Positions 45,455 to 56,274 of a DNA stretch of 64,000 nucleotides are shown in pieces (within the stretch, counting starts at the first letter, position 1; the number at the start of each line of letters is the position of its first letter). Location: the NCBI GenBank assembly GCA_963804165.1, contig CAWDPO010000041.1, forward strand, positions 1-64,000, written 5' to 3'. The DNA is from an uncultured delta proteobacterium (GTDB lineage Bacteria; Desulfobacterota; Binatia; UBA9968). Made by a program: the position numbers and the translations under genes. The notes below the pieces were generated by a model. That model did not search any database. It saw nothing but the letters and a program-made list of their open reading frames with translations, and had not been told where the DNA came from.

Positions 45455-46945
45455 ATGACCGCACTAGAGGCTAGGAAACTAGCCGAAGACGAAATGAGAG
45501 CCGGGAAAACCCCGAAGTACACCGACCTGCGTGACTGGTTGGAGATTGTCGACAGCGTCGGCGAACTGAAAAAGATCGATGGCGCCGATTGGAACCTCGA
45601 AATGGGTACCCTGGCCGAGCTATTATCCCGCGAGACCAAAAGCGGCTCCGTGCCGGCGGTTCTATTCGACAACGTGCCCGGTTATCCAAAGGGTTTCCGC
45701 ACTCTGTTCGCCCAGAACGCTTCGTTCAAACGCATGGCTTTAAATTTGGGCCTGGACATGAACCTTTCCAGTCTCGATCTGGTTCGTGCCTTCCGCCAGA
45801 AGCTCGTCACGCACGAGCCGATTAAGCATAAGGTCGTCACCAAAGGCCCGATTCTTGAGAACGTCGATTCCGGCGACAAGGTCGACCTGCTTAAGTTCCC
45901 AGTTCCTTTCATGCATGAATTGGACGGCGGGCGTTTCATCGGCACGGCTTGCTTGGTGACCACTCGCGACCCGGATGAAGGCTGGGTAAATTTCGGTGCT
46001 TACCGCGGCATGGTCCATGACAAAAATAGCATGGGTCTTTACATCTCGCCCGGAAAGCACGGCAGCATTCAGCGCAACAAATACTTTGAACGCGGGAAGC
46101 CGTGCCCGGTCGTCGTTTCAGTCGGCCAAGACCCGGTGCTGTTCATGGTCTCCGGTAACGAGATCGACTACGGCGTGTCCGAGTTCGATTATGCCGGCGG
46201 TCTCAAGGGCGCGCCCATCGAAGTCATTGAAGGCAAATCCACGGGCCTACCGTTCGCGGCCCAGGCGGAAATCGTTATCGAAGGTTGGATGGACCCGACC
46301 GACAGGAAGACCGAAGGCCCATTCGGCGAGTGGACCGGCTACTATGCCAGCTCCAGCCGCCCGGAACCCGTGATCCGCGTCGAAAACGTTTACTACAGAA
46401 ACGATCCAATTCTTTGCTGCGCTCGTCCGGGCCGTCCGCCGTCGGATTATTCCATCGCCAAATGTATGGTGAAGGCGGCGTTGATTTGGGAGCAGGTTGA
46501 AAAAGCCGGTGTTCCCGATGTGAGAGGTGTGTGGTGTCACGAGGCCGGCGGCGGCCGCCTTTTCAATATTATCTCAATCAAACAGCGCTATCCGGGTCAT
46601 GCACGCCAAGCCATGTTGGTTGCTTCCCAAGTCCATGCTGGCGCGTACCTCGGGCGCTACGTGATCGTCGTCGACGAGGACATCGATCCGACCAACACTT
46701 TCGACGTGATCTGGGCTTTGGCCAGCCGTTCCGATCCGGTCGAGTCCATCGAAATTCTCCGCCGCTGCTGGAGCGGCCCCCTCGATCCGCGCATCCAACC
46801 GGGCAAGAAGGGCTTCAACTCCCGCGCGGTGATCGACGCCTGCCGTCCGTTCGAGTGGATGAAAGACTTCCCGCCCGTGGCCGAGTCTTCGCCTGAGCTG
46901 AAGGAGAAGATTTACAACAAGTGGAAGAAGGTTATCGAAGGATAA
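45455..46945 (+). CDS. UbiD-family prFMN-dependent decarboxylase
   Basis: DLRDWL, DGGRFI, AEIVIEG, EGPFGEWTGYY, IVVDEDID. Confidence 0.93.
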   Translation: MTALEARKLAEDEMRAGKTPKYTDLRDWLEIVDSVGELKKIDGADWNLEMGTLAELLSRETKSGSVPAVLFDNVPGYPKGFRTLFAQNASFKRMALNLGLDMNLSSLDLVRAFRQKLVTHEPIKHKVVTKGPILENVDSGDKVDLLKFPVPFMHELDGGRFIGTACLVTTRDPDEGWVNFGAYRGMVHDKNSMGLYISPGKHGSIQRNKYFERGKPCPVVVSVGQDPVLFMVSGNEIDYGVSEFDYAGGLKGAPIEVIEGKSTGLPFAAQAEIVIEGWMDPTDRKTEGPFGEWTGYYASSSRPEPVIRVENVYYRNDPILCCARPGRPPSDYSIAKCMVKAALIWEQVEKAGVPDVRGVWCHEAGGGRLFNIISIKQRYPGHARQAMLVASQVHAGAYLGRYVIVVDEDIDPTNTFDVIWALASRSDPVESIEILRRCWSGPLDPRIQPGKKGFNSRAVIDACRPFEWMKDFPPVAESSPELKEKIYNKWKKVIEG

Positions 46946-46971
46946 TCAACACTTCGACTGGGATTTTCAAT

Positions 46972-47003
46972 GGGGCGATCGTGATAAACGGTCGCCCCTT
47001 TTT
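46972..47003 (+). terminator. Rho-independent terminator
   Basis: GGGGCGATCG-tgataaa-CGGTCGCCCC-TTTTT after the UbiD-family stop. Confidence 0.8.
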
Positions 47004-47089
47004 CGTGACCCCGATTACTTCGAACCCAATTCATTGACAGCCCTCTCAGCGCGGGACTATAACAAGTTAAGATCCGCGGAGGTGAAGCC

Positions 47090-47856
47090 ATGGGAAAATT
47101 AAGACATATCGCGTTTATTTCGCAGGAGCCAAAAAAGCTCAGCGATTTTTACCAGAAATATTTCGGCTTCGAAGAATGCAAAATTTTTCCCAGCGGCTCA
47201 CGTATGGTGATCGATCCGCTGTTCAATTTGGCTTTCCTGCAACGGGCAGCGGTCGAAGTGGCGACGGCGGGAACGCACCGAGCGGATGGCAGTGAAAATG
47301 AATTGACGATCGGCATCCATCACTATGGTTTTATGGTGGATGATCTCGACCAAGCGGTAGCAAAACTGCCGGCGAATTTAACCCGTGGGACGACACCGCA
47401 GGTTTCCGCCGGTGTCGGCGGTCCCGAAGGTGCACGGCCTGCCGAAGTCCGATTCCTCGATCCTTGGGGAAACAACGTCGATCTTTCGTCTCGCGGATTT
47501 CTCGGCAGAGAAGAAAAGAAACTTCCCGGCGTGCGGATGCTCGCCGTGCAAGTACCCGACTTGGCCGCGGCCTGTGAGTTTTACCAACAGCAGTTCGATT
47601 TACAGATCGTCGGTTGGAGTGATGATGGGACGATTCGTCTTAGCGATGGAACAGTGACACTACTGCTGACCAAGTCACAAGTGCGGCCGAAAGGCGGCGT
47701 CCAGTATTTTGGCATTCAAGTGAGCGATCTACCGGCGTTAAAAGACGCCTGCAGGAAGACGGGGTGGCGGTTTCGGAAGGGCCGAGCGATCAAATTCAAC
47801 TTATTGACCCGGAAGGAAATCGAGTAGTGATTTCCCAGTCCGGCTGGACCAACTAA
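47090..47856 (+). CDS. Two-domain VOC/glyoxalase-family protein, 3' frameshift
   Basis: KLRHIAF, GIHHYGFMVDD, DPWGNNVD, DPEGNRV. Confidence 0.8.
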
Positions 47857-47922
47857 AGTGTTAATGCCGTGAGAACGTCCCGCTTCTCACGCTTGATTCC
47901 TTAAGCGATTATCCGTCGCGAA

Positions 47923-48888
47923 CTAGGGCAGTCGTAGTTCCTTCTGAACTTCCCGGAGAATACTGAAATCGGCGATCTCGCTTAGTGGAATCTCTCGGGT
48001 AATCTTCACATCTTTTTTCGCCTGGTCGATTAGCAAATTCAGGCCGTCGGCGGGAATTCCGCCGTCGTGGCTGATCACTTTCACGGTCGCGTCGTAAGAT
48101 GCGTAAGCGTGTTCCGGTTTGGCTTTTGCCCATGCCATCAAGATTTTCACCGATTCTTCTCTATTTTCACGGATGAAACGGCTCGCCTTGATAAGGGCTC
48201 TGATCATTCTTTTTACTTGATCGCGGTTTTGTTCGATGGACTTGATATTCACACCGACACCCGATAGCGGGTAGTTCACATACTCGTAGGCGCGGGCGAG
48301 GATGTTGTACCCTAATTTTTTACCCTCAAAGTCCAACGGCGGAGAGGTTACTACTGCGTCGGCGAGTTTTTGTTGAAGGGCAGCGAAGCGGGCCGAGTCG
48401 GTTCCCAAAGGTACGAATTGGATTTCCTTTTCTGGATCGATGCCGTTGCGCGCAAGAATTAATCTCGCCAGCACATGGGTCGCATCGCCGAAGCCGGCGA
48501 GACCGACTTTTTTTCCGCTTAGATCCTTGATTGTTTTGATTTCGGGTCGGGCCAGCAACACGTGAGGCGAGCTCGTCATCAGGCCGGCAACCAGCCGTAC
48601 CGGCAGGCCGCGGATGGCGGCTCTAATGACCGTGCCTGTGAGCAGGGTGCCGTCGATATCACCGTTCGACAAGGCGGCGATCGAAGGGGCCGCGCCCATG
48701 ACGACAATTTCCGCGTCGAGTCCTTCGTCTCTAAAAAAGCCTTTGTGCAGCGCGACTCCTGAGGAAAGAAAGATCATGTTGTAGCCGCCGGACACCGAGA
48801 TGCGGATTTTTTCCGCCGCGTGACCAGCGGATGGGATTGCCAGAAAACATATCAGAAGGGCCGTGAGGTACGTCGAATAATTCAGCAT
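47923..48888 (-). CDS. ABC substrate-binding protein (NMT1/THI5 type)
   Basis: Signal peptide, KGFFRDEGLDAEIV, DLSGKKVG. Confidence 0.85.
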   Translation of the reverse strand: MLNYSTYLTALLICFLAIPSAGHAAEKIRISVSGGYNMIFLSSGVALHKGFFRDEGLDAEIVVMGAAPSIAALSNGDIDGTLLTGTVIRAAIRGLPVRLVAGLMTSSPHVLLARPEIKTIKDLSGKKVGLAGFGDATHVLARLILARNGIDPEKEIQFVPLGTDSARFAALQQKLADAVVTSPPLDFEGKKLGYNILARAYEYVNYPLSGVGVNIKSIEQNRDQVKRMIRALIKASRFIRENREESVKILMAWAKAKPEHAYASYDATVKVISHDGGIPADGLNLLIDQAKKDVKITREIPLSEIADFSILREVQKELRLP

Positions 48889-49114
48889 CGGGAATTTCCT
48901 ATTAGCCGTCTCGATGTCCAAGTGTCAATAGCCGCGAGCGAGTCTCTAACGATCACGTACACGAAACACGATCAGGTTTATCGGACTTGACCCATTCCGT
49001 GCGACCGGTGTAGTTGTGGCGAAACAAAGACGGGCGTACGTGATACGCCCCTACGGAAATCCGTGTTTGCCGAATTGTTGGCTGGTAACATTTTGTTTTT
49101 TGAAGGAGGAATGT

Positions 49115-49489
49115 ATGCGCGTGCTCAAAATTAACGAATTAGCGGAAAAGCCGATGGACACCGCCACGCCGATCGCGGGATGGACCGGCGGAGAGGTGAG
49201 CCGGACCCGGCAAGCGATTATCGGCGACGGGCAGTCGGAAAATTTTCGCTGCAACGTGGTGAATTTTCGCGTTGGCGCGACGACGGGCTGGCATGTGCAC
49301 GACTGCGATCAGATTCTCGTCGTTACGGCGGGCAAAGGTTTTGCCGCAACGGAATCCGAGCAGCGGGAGATTACGGTCGGAGATGTCGTGCATATCAAAG
49401 CTGGTGAGCGCCACTGGCATGGCGCATCGGCAGAATCGCCATTGTCACATATCACGGTGACGACGGTCGGAAGCACTTCGAAGCATTAG
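49115..49489 (+). CDS. Cupin-domain protein
   Basis: GWHVHDCDQIL, GDVVHIKAGERHWHG; GGAGG RBS. Confidence 0.88.
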   Translation: MRVLKINELAEKPMDTATPIAGWTGGEVSRTRQAIIGDGQSENFRCNVVNFRVGATTGWHVHDCDQILVVTAGKGFAATESEQREITVGDVVHIKAGERHWHGASAESPLSHITVTTVGSTSKH

Positions 49490-49602
49490 CGCTTGTGTTG
49501 CGATAATCCCCCGGATGGGCTTAGTGTCAGGCCGGTGAAAACCGCCATCCAGAAAAGGCGCATACCATGCGCCCCTACGAAAATGCCCGGACTTTGGGAT
49601 CT

Positions 49603-50346
49603 TTAACGGCCCCCACGTTTCGTCTTGATCTCGTAACCGAACAGATCGCTGCGATAGAAACCGGCCGTGCGCAGAACAAGTTTCTTCTTGTGTAAATAAT
49701 TTCGCTCGACGAACAACACAGGGGAGCCGGTGGGGATTTCCAAGTGGGCCGAAACCTGGTGGTCCGCGAGCTTGGCGCTGACAACCAGCTTGAGGCCAGC
49801 AATCTTGATCCCCAGCCGGTCTTCAATGATGTTCGTGAGCGGCTGTTTCAGCAGCCGGTCTCGCGGGACCTTATCAAGCATGCGGGCGGGGACGTAGGAA
49901 TTCACGAACGCGAGGGGGCGACCGTATGCCATCCTCACCCGCGTGATCTTCGTGATTTTTTCATCCGCATCCAAGTTAAAATCTCGGCGCAGCTCTGGCG
50001 CGGCCGTTTTTGTGTCGATCCGCAGCACTTTGAAGCTCGTACCTTCCGGATTGATGCTCACAAGATTTGCCGCATCGATTTCGAGATTAATCGGCTGCTT
50101 GACCGGTCCGCTCCAGGTGACGAAAGTTCCCTTGGCGCGCTCGCGGCGCACCAAGCCTTCGCGGGTCAAGTCTGCGAGGGCTTGGCGAACCGTGATGACG
50201 CTAACGTCGAGGCGTCGCGCCAGATCCAATTCGCCGGGGAGCTGGAATCCCGTGCGCCATTCGCCCGATAAAATATTGTCGCGGAAAGCGGTCATGACTT
50301 TAAAGTAGAGCGGCACTGGAGAGGGAGAACTGCTAGCGAGGCGCAT
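49603..50346 (-). CDS. GntR/HutC (UTRA) transcriptional regulator
   Basis: PLYFKV, LPGELDLARRLDVSVITVRQAL, KGTFV, UTRA-like C-terminus. Confidence 0.9.
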   Translation of the reverse strand: MRLASSSPSPVPLYFKVMTAFRDNILSGEWRTGFQLPGELDLARRLDVSVITVRQALADLTREGLVRRERAKGTFVTWSGPVKQPINLEIDAANLVSINPEGTSFKVLRIDTKTAAPELRRDFNLDADEKITKITRVRMAYGRPLAFVNSYVPARMLDKVPRDRLLKQPLTNIIEDRLGIKIAGLKLVVSAKLADHQVSAHLEIPTGSPVLFVERNYLHKKKLVLRTAGFYRSDLFGYEIKTKRGGR

Positions 50347-50391
50347 GTCGATTACCTATATGTTTGCAACAGGAGGTCAATTTGCCGGATA

Positions 50392-51069
50392 TTATGGCGA
50401 GTTTTCCTTGGATCGTGCCGCGGCAGGAATTGTTCGTAGCGCTTCCAAGATCTGCTCGTTGGTGGGTCTCTTCTTATAGTCTGTTTCAATAAAGCGCCAA
50501 CGCACGACACCCTGTTTGTCGATGACATAAGTCGCCGGGTGCGGCCAGCCCTTGTTGTTCGGATTTAAGATTCCATACCGGTTGATGACCTTGTGATCTT
50601 TGTCTTCGAGTAGCGGAAAATCGAGATCGCCGGTAAATCTCTCTTTGAGTTTTTGCACGAATTTTTTCGAATCATCGTGACTGTCGACGCTGACCGCGAG
50701 GATTTGAACCTGATTTTTTTCCTCTTTGGTTAGGAGGCCTTTCAGCTCACCGAGCTGTTGTGTGCAGTAGGGTCACCATTGGCCACGATAAAACACCAAT
50801 ACAACATTCATTTTGCGATAGACTTCTGAAAGAGTAATTCTCCGTCCATCCAAGTTTTCAAGCGTAAAGTCCGGCGCGGTATCCCCGACTTTGACTCTCT
50901 CCAGGTCGGTCGGCGGCAGATCCGCGACGTCTTTAGGGCCTAATTGTGCATTAGCCACGGCAACGGCTAGGTAAAGGAAACTGAATGCAATCGTTATTGC
51001 TAAGCGGTTTCGGAAAGTAGAGCTTTCTCTTGGACGCTCGATACGCCAAATGTGTTTTCCCCACGTCAT
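50392..51069 (-). CDS. Predicted selenoprotein: exported peroxiredoxin-like (AhpC/TSA) protein, UxxC, Sec at TGA 50773-50775
   Basis: Two in-frame ORFs join as FYRGQW-U-PYCTQQL; hairpin CAGCUC-GGU-GAGCUG with loop at +22. Confidence 0.88.
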
Positions 51070-51214
51070 GGCAATTGTCTCCTTTCGTCACAAAGTAAAT
51101 CCAGATCATTTACACCGCTCGTTATCCAGCGTTACGTCACGGTCTATGAACGATATTCCGCGACAATAGGTTTCCGGATCGAGCAAATCGTCAAATGAGC
51201 ATCACAGCGCCCGC

Positions 51215-51706
51215 CTATTGTTGTTGCGCCTTTCTCTTTTTGAAGAACTGGATATGACTCAACGCGTCGGCGGCAACGATACGTCCGATGGGGCCGATAC
51301 TGTACGAGGCATCACACACCTTTTTGTCCGAATCCAGGATGAAATTCGTGGCGTGGATGATCTTTCTACGCTCTTCCCAGAAAGCGCCGACCTTGTCGGC
51401 GTCTCTCGGCACTTCAAGTCCATAGGCCACGGGAAAGGTGAGTTGCAACTTGTCGACGGTCTCTTTCGCTTTGTCCAAGGGGTCGACCGAGAGAGCCACC
51501 ACGTCGACATTTTCCTTTTTGAATTCTTCGATGTGGGATTGGTAGTCGGCCAACTGCCGCATGCAGTACGGTCACCAACTGCCGCGATAGAAAATCAGCG
51601 CGGCGTACTCGCCCGTGAGGTCCTGGGGCAGACGAAGTGTTTGACCGGCGGTCGTTTGCACCTGGTACTCCGGGAACGAATAGCCAAAGTTGAGCTGTCG
51701 TGCCAT
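51215..51706 (-). CDS. Predicted selenoprotein: peroxiredoxin-like (AhpC/TSA) protein, UxxC, Sec45 at TGA 51572-51574
   Basis: GGGGAG RBS, ATG at 51706, MARQLNFG..IFYRGSW-U-PYCMRQL in frame; weaker hairpin GG(C)AGUU-GGCC-GACU(A)CC. Confidence 0.85.
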
Positions 51707-51929
51707 ATATTCTCCCCTCAGAATTTAATCATCGAACTTCGAACCCCTGCGCAGTTGCGACGCTACCCACCGAACTTCGCGTTGCTCCAGGCGGTCATCG
51801 ACTTGGGATTTCGCGACGCGCATGTTGACTGCTTATATGATTAATAGTAGGAGGTCAATTGATTTGTGTCGCTGGCGTGCTGTGTAAATTCGCCGCGGCG
51901 CGACAATTTTTATGGGGGAGGTTCTCATT

Positions 51930-52439
51930 ATGGCGGAGCATTCAGCAGGGAAGAGCGGCCAGCCGGGAGGAATGCCCGGCCGTCCGATCGGCACGGTGCG
52001 CGTCGATATCGCGCGCCAGGAGCACAAAACGTTCGAGGCGGTTTTCAAGACCGAGGACAAGTCATTTCAGCTCATGATCGACGAGCCGGAAATTCGCGGC
52101 GGCAAAGGCACGGGCCCGACGCCGCTGGGTTACTTCGTCACCGGCGCGGCTTCCTGCTTGATGATGCAGTACGCCAACGTTTTGAAGGAGAAGCCGATGC
52201 CGGTGGAAAGCATCAAGATGCTGGCGCGGGCGCACAACGACCGCGACGCGCGGGTCTTCACCGATATGATTTACCAGGTCGATCTCACCGGGTCGATCTC
52301 CGAGGCCGATGCGGAAACGCTGGCAAAGGCGGCCAGTGCGCGCTGCTTCGTAGAGAACACTATCGCCAAGGCGCTGCCGATCACGACAGAAGTAAGCGTC
52401 AATGGAAAAAAGGTCGTGTCGTTCACACGAAATAGTTAA
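51930..52439 (+). CDS. OsmC-like protein (Cys form)
   Basis: DEPEIRGGKGTGPTPLGYFVTGAASCL and ARCFVENT; GGAGG RBS. Confidence 0.88.
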   Translation: MAEHSAGKSGQPGGMPGRPIGTVRVDIARQEHKTFEAVFKTEDKSFQLMIDEPEIRGGKGTGPTPLGYFVTGAASCLMMQYANVLKEKPMPVESIKMLARAHNDRDARVFTDMIYQVDLTGSISEADAETLAKAASARCFVENTIAKALPITTEVSVNGKKVVSFTRNS

Positions 52440-52475
52440 ATCGCCCATCCACCGCGGGAAGATTAGGAAATCACG

Positions 52476-52637
52476 ATGATCCACCTTTACTACTGGACTA
52501 CGCCGAACGGACACAAGATCACGATCTTCCTAGAGGAAGCTGGGCTGCCGTATTCGATCAAACCGGTCAATATTTCCGTGGTCGGCATGATACCGCGGTC
52601 GGGTGGGAAACGGTTAATCGACGCCTGCAACCGGTAA
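52476..52637 (+). pseudogene. Truncated YfcG-like glutathione S-transferase N-terminus
   Basis: MIHLYYWTTPNGHKITIFLEEAGLPYSIKPVNI followed by an unrelated tail and a stop after 53 aa. Confidence 0.75.
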
Positions 52638-52651
52638 GAGGAGAGCGGGTT

Positions 52652-53323
52652 ATGCCCTGGATTAAAATAATTGCCGAGCATGAAGCCGAGGGCGAGCTTA
52701 AAGAGGTCTATAGGAAGATCCGCGAGCAGCGTCAGGGTGAGAAGATCAACCAGGATCGCGATGCGTCCGCCGGCGGGCCGCCGGTGAGCCCGCCGATGCT
52801 GCACAGTCTGAATCCCAAAGCGATGTGGCACACCGCCGAGCTGATGTGGGAGATCATGCGCGGGGAGTCGCGGCTGACCACGGCGCAGCGCGAGATGATC
52901 GCCACCGTGACATCGGCGACGCTGCACTGCCGCTTCTGAACCGTCGCCCACGCAGAGTTTCTGCGTCAGGAAGGCGGCGACGATTTATCGGTAGAGCAAG
53001 TCAAAGACGATTGGCGGCAGATGGAGCTGACCGAAGCCGAGTACACAATGTTGGAATTTGCGGAGAAACTAACGCTCACGCCGAGCAACATGCGCGAAGC
53101 GGACGTGCAGAAATTGCGCGACGTCGGCTGGACCGATCGCGACATCCTCGATATCGTCCACGTGTGCGCCTATTTTAACTTTCGTGTGCGAGTCGTCGAC
53201 GGGCTCGGACTGGAAGTTGCCGATTGGCAGATCCAGCGCGCGAGAGCCGGCGCGCAGCGCGCCGCCAAGTTGGCTGAAGAGCGCGGTGTGGCCATGCCAT
53301 CTGATCCTTGGAAGACACGTTGA
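52652..53323 (+). CDS. Predicted selenoprotein: AhpD/CMD-like peroxidase-related protein, CxxU, Sec96 at TGA 52937-52939
   Basis: REMIATVTSATLHCRF-U-TVAHAEFL continues in frame to AEKLTLTP..AYFNFRVR; hairpin ACGCAGA-GUU-UCUGCGU with lower stem CGUCGCC/GGCGACG. Confidence 0.9.
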
Positions 53324-53332
53324 GGAAAAGTA

Positions 53333-53980
53333 ATGAGCTTCATCAAAGTTATTTACGAGTCCGAAGCGACGGGCGAGCTAAAAGAAGTTTACGAGAGAAC
53401 GCTTAGTCGCTTAAGTCCATCCGTGCGCCAGCGACGCGGCGACAAGCTGCCACCGATCGTGAGAATTTTTAGCCTTTGTCCGGCGCTGCTCGAAGCGCGG
53501 GTGGGCTTCGACAAGGGCATTTACCGGCCCGGCCATTCCGGCTTGGGCCGGCGCAAGGAAGAGCTGATCGCGACTCAGGTGGCGGCGCTGAGTGGCTGCC
53601 GGTTTTGAGGCATCGGCCACGGAGAGTTTCTCCGTGTCGACGGCAAGATGGCGGTGGAGGAAGTCGCCAAGGTGATCTCCAACTGGCGTGAGGCCGATCT
53701 GGACGAGCAGGAAAAAGCCATGCTCGCGTTCACCGAAAAGTTTACACTCACGCCGAGTCAAATGACCGACGCCGATCTCGAGAAGCTGCGCCAGGCGGGC
53801 TTCAGCGACGAACAGATTCTTTCCATCGCTTTGGGCGCCGGCTATCGAAACTGGGTGGATCGCATCGCTGATCTGCTCGGCGTCGAGGAAGAAAAGTTCG
53901 ACTTCCCGGAGGAAATTTTGAAAGCCTTCGGCGTCACCCGCGAGCAGCTTGAGACCTCGCTCTACGAGGATAACCGATGA
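53333..53980 (+). CDS. Predicted selenoprotein: AhpD/CMD-like protein, CxxU, Sec92 at TGA 53606-53608
   Basis: ELIATQVAALSGCRF-U-GIGHGEFL in frame; hairpin CACGGAGA-GUU-UCUCCGUG. Confidence 0.9.
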
Positions 53981-54420
53981 GCCGCTTGCAGACCGTCATG
54001 GGAACGAGAATCGCGGATCTGCTTGGCGCGGCGCCGGGCGCGCTCGAAGCGGACAGCGCCATGCGCACTCTGCTCATCGAACATTTGACGCCGCGGCTCT
54101 TCAGTTTGATCGGTATCGTGGTAGCCGGTTGCCTCCGCTGCGAGCGTTTCGCCGACGCGCTGCGCGCCCCACTGGATCAGCCATCGGCCCAACAGGCTGC
54201 CCGTGATTGGCGGGCGCTTGAACTTTCGGCGGCGGAAAAGGCGATACTTGCCTACGCGGAAAAGGGGACTCTCGACGAGGCCTCGGTGCGCTGGCGGGAC
54301 GTAGATCAGCTACGCGCGGCGGGTCTCGACGACAGGGATATTCTCCTGATCGCAACGGCTATCGCTTATCATAATTACTCGATTCGCATGGCAGCGGCTT
54401 TTGACGTCGCGCCGTGCTGA
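53977..54420 (+). CDS. AhpD/CMD-like protein, CxxC form
   Basis: GCLRCER, LSAAEKAILAYAEK, LRAAGLDDRDIL; ATGA overlap with the previous gene. Confidence 0.8.
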   Translation: MSRLQTVMGTRIADLLGAAPGALEADSAMRTLLIEHLTPRLFSLIGIVVAGCLRCERFADALRAPLDQPSAQQAARDWRALELSAAEKAILAYAEKGTLDEASVRWRDVDQLRAAGLDDRDILLIATAIAYHNYSIRMAAAFDVAPC

Positions 54421-54456
54421 GGGTGTCGGCGTACAAAAAACCAGCGCGCGAAAAGA

Positions 54457-55395
54457 ATGTACGTTCTTGAAGTTTGGAAGGATTATGGCATGCGCGGAAT
54501 AACTCCTAGACGAGAGCAAGGGATGGCAGATCCGGTGTTGGCCGAGATGGTTCATGCAACGGGCGCTACGGAGTCCCGCCACTACGCGGCGGTGAAACCG
54601 ACCATTCAGGCCTATCGCGCCAGTTGGGTGAAATTGGCGCCCTATCGAGATGGTCCCGTGAATTCGCAGCGGGTCCAGGTCGACGACCCCGCGGGGATAA
54701 CTGCACAGGTCAAAGCGAAAGCGATGGAGTTGGGCGCGAACCTGATCGGGGTCTGCCGCTTGCAGCCGCATATGATCGATCTCGGCTCGGAGGTATCACA
54801 GGAGTTCGTGATCGCGTGCTGCGTCGCGGAGGATTACGATAAGGTCTTGCGGGGCGCAGATGCGGTGGAAGAAGAGGCGATGCGAACCTATGCGAAGTGC
54901 ACCGAGATCGCCACGGCGCTGGCCGCTTACGTGCGCGAGATGGGCTACCCGGCGATCGCCCACCACAACGGCGCCAGCGAGGTGCAAGCGATACCGATTT
55001 TCTATCAAGTCGGGTTCGGCGAGCTGGGCCGCCACGGCAGTTTGATCAACGAAAAATACGGCGCGAGTTTTCGTCCGGGTTTCGTGACGACGGACCTGCC
55101 GCTGGTGGAAGATCAGCCGCGGGAATTCGGCGTGCAGGACTTCTGCATGAACTGCAACGTCTGCCAGCGCAACTGTCCGGGCGATGCGATACCGCAGGAT
55201 CATGTGGTCACCCACGGCATCAAACGTTGGCTGATCGATCTAGAGAAATGTTATCCCTACTCGCGACTGCGCGAAGAGTACTGTCATCTCTGCGTCGACG
55301 CGTGTCCGTATATCGTGAAGTCTTATCCCGAAACCTATAGAGCGTTCATGAAGGAGCGCAAACAAGTGGGCTACAAGACGCCGAAAACATATTGA
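54457..55395 (+). CDS. Reductive dehalogenase / QueG-like double [4Fe-4S] protein (start may be downstream)
   Basis: GFGELGRHGSLINEKYG..VTTDLPL, FCMNCNVCQRNCP, C-x10-CHLCVDACP; no Tat signal. Confidence 0.8.
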   Translation: MYVLEVWKDYGMRGITPRREQGMADPVLAEMVHATGATESRHYAAVKPTIQAYRASWVKLAPYRDGPVNSQRVQVDDPAGITAQVKAKAMELGANLIGVCRLQPHMIDLGSEVSQEFVIACCVAEDYDKVLRGADAVEEEAMRTYAKCTEIATALAAYVREMGYPAIAHHNGASEVQAIPIFYQVGFGELGRHGSLINEKYGASFRPGFVTTDLPLVEDQPREFGVQDFCMNCNVCQRNCPGDAIPQDHVVTHGIKRWLIDLEKCYPYSRLREEYCHLCVDACPYIVKSYPETYRAFMKERKQVGYKTPKTY

Positions 55396-55673
55396 TGGAA
55401 ACCGACGATCAGGGAGGATTCTCCCGCCAAGGCGCAAAGGCGCCAAGTTCGGAAAGTTTCACAATGGAAAAACTCTACGTTAACGAAATCGGTCCCGATG
55501 GCGCCGTCAGCACCGTAGGCTTGTTTTACTCGCAGGCCGAGGCCGAAAAGATTGTCGGCATGCTGCGCGCCAATCCAGACCGAGCAAGCTATAGGTATGA
55601 AATCGTCGAAGCAGTCAGACATATCTTGTCTGAGAAGCAAGCGCGTCGGGCCGTGGCCGGTCAGAAGGAGTAG
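55392..55673 (+). CDS. Small hypothetical protein (start possibly at the MEKLYV ATG)
   Basis: Fills the gap in the operon and abuts the RBS of the next gene. Confidence 0.5.
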   Translation: MMETDDQGGFSRQGAKAPSSESFTMEKLYVNEIGPDGAVSTVGLFYSQAEAEKIVGMLRANPDRASYRYEIVEAVRHILSEKQARRAVAGQKE

Positions 55674-55675
55674 CC

Positions 55676-56227
55676 ATGCCCTATATTAAAACGGTGCCGC
55701 CGGCCGAGGCTACCGGCAAACTCAAAGAAGTCTATGAGTCGGGCTCCGGCCCATCGGCGGCGCGCGGCAAGGTCTCTATGATCCGCCAGGTGCAAAGCCT
55801 CAATCCCGACAACCTCGCCGCCTGGCGCGCGCTCGACGTATCGATCATGCGCGGCGAATCGCGCATCACGCGCCGCCAACGCGAGATGATCGCGACGGTG
55901 GTGTCGGCGACCAATCACTGCAGCTATTGAATGACCGCGCACGGAGAGGCTCTCCGTACCGAATCGAACGACGATCCTCTGGTCGAAGGGATTAAACAAG
56001 ATTACACACAGTTGAATTTATCCCCGGCAGAGCGGGCCATGTTGGATTACGCGGTCAAATTGACGGTCGCACCGTCGACGGCGAGTGAAACGGATATCCA
56101 TACTCTACGCACCCACGGCTTCGACGACCGCGACATTTTGGATATCGTCTACGTGATCTGCCTTTACAATTTCAACGACCGGATGGCCGATGCCGCCGGC
56201 ATTACCGGGCATGATTTTTTTAGATGA
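55676..56227 (+). CDS. Predicted selenoprotein: AhpD/CMD-like protein, CxxU, Sec85 at TGA 55928-55930
   Basis: REMIATVVSATNHCSY-U-MTAHGEAL; hairpin ACGGAGA-GGC-UCUCCGU. Confidence 0.9.
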
Positions 56228-56274
56228 GATCATTCAATCGTTCGAGTGTAACGCCCAGTTAGATAGGAGGAAGC

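Noticed and set aside
54457-55395. Respiratory reductive dehalogenase (rdhA) or queG assignment
   Set aside because: No Tat leader or rdhB, shorter than typical RdhA, and QueG-specific motifs are not evident; left as family-like.
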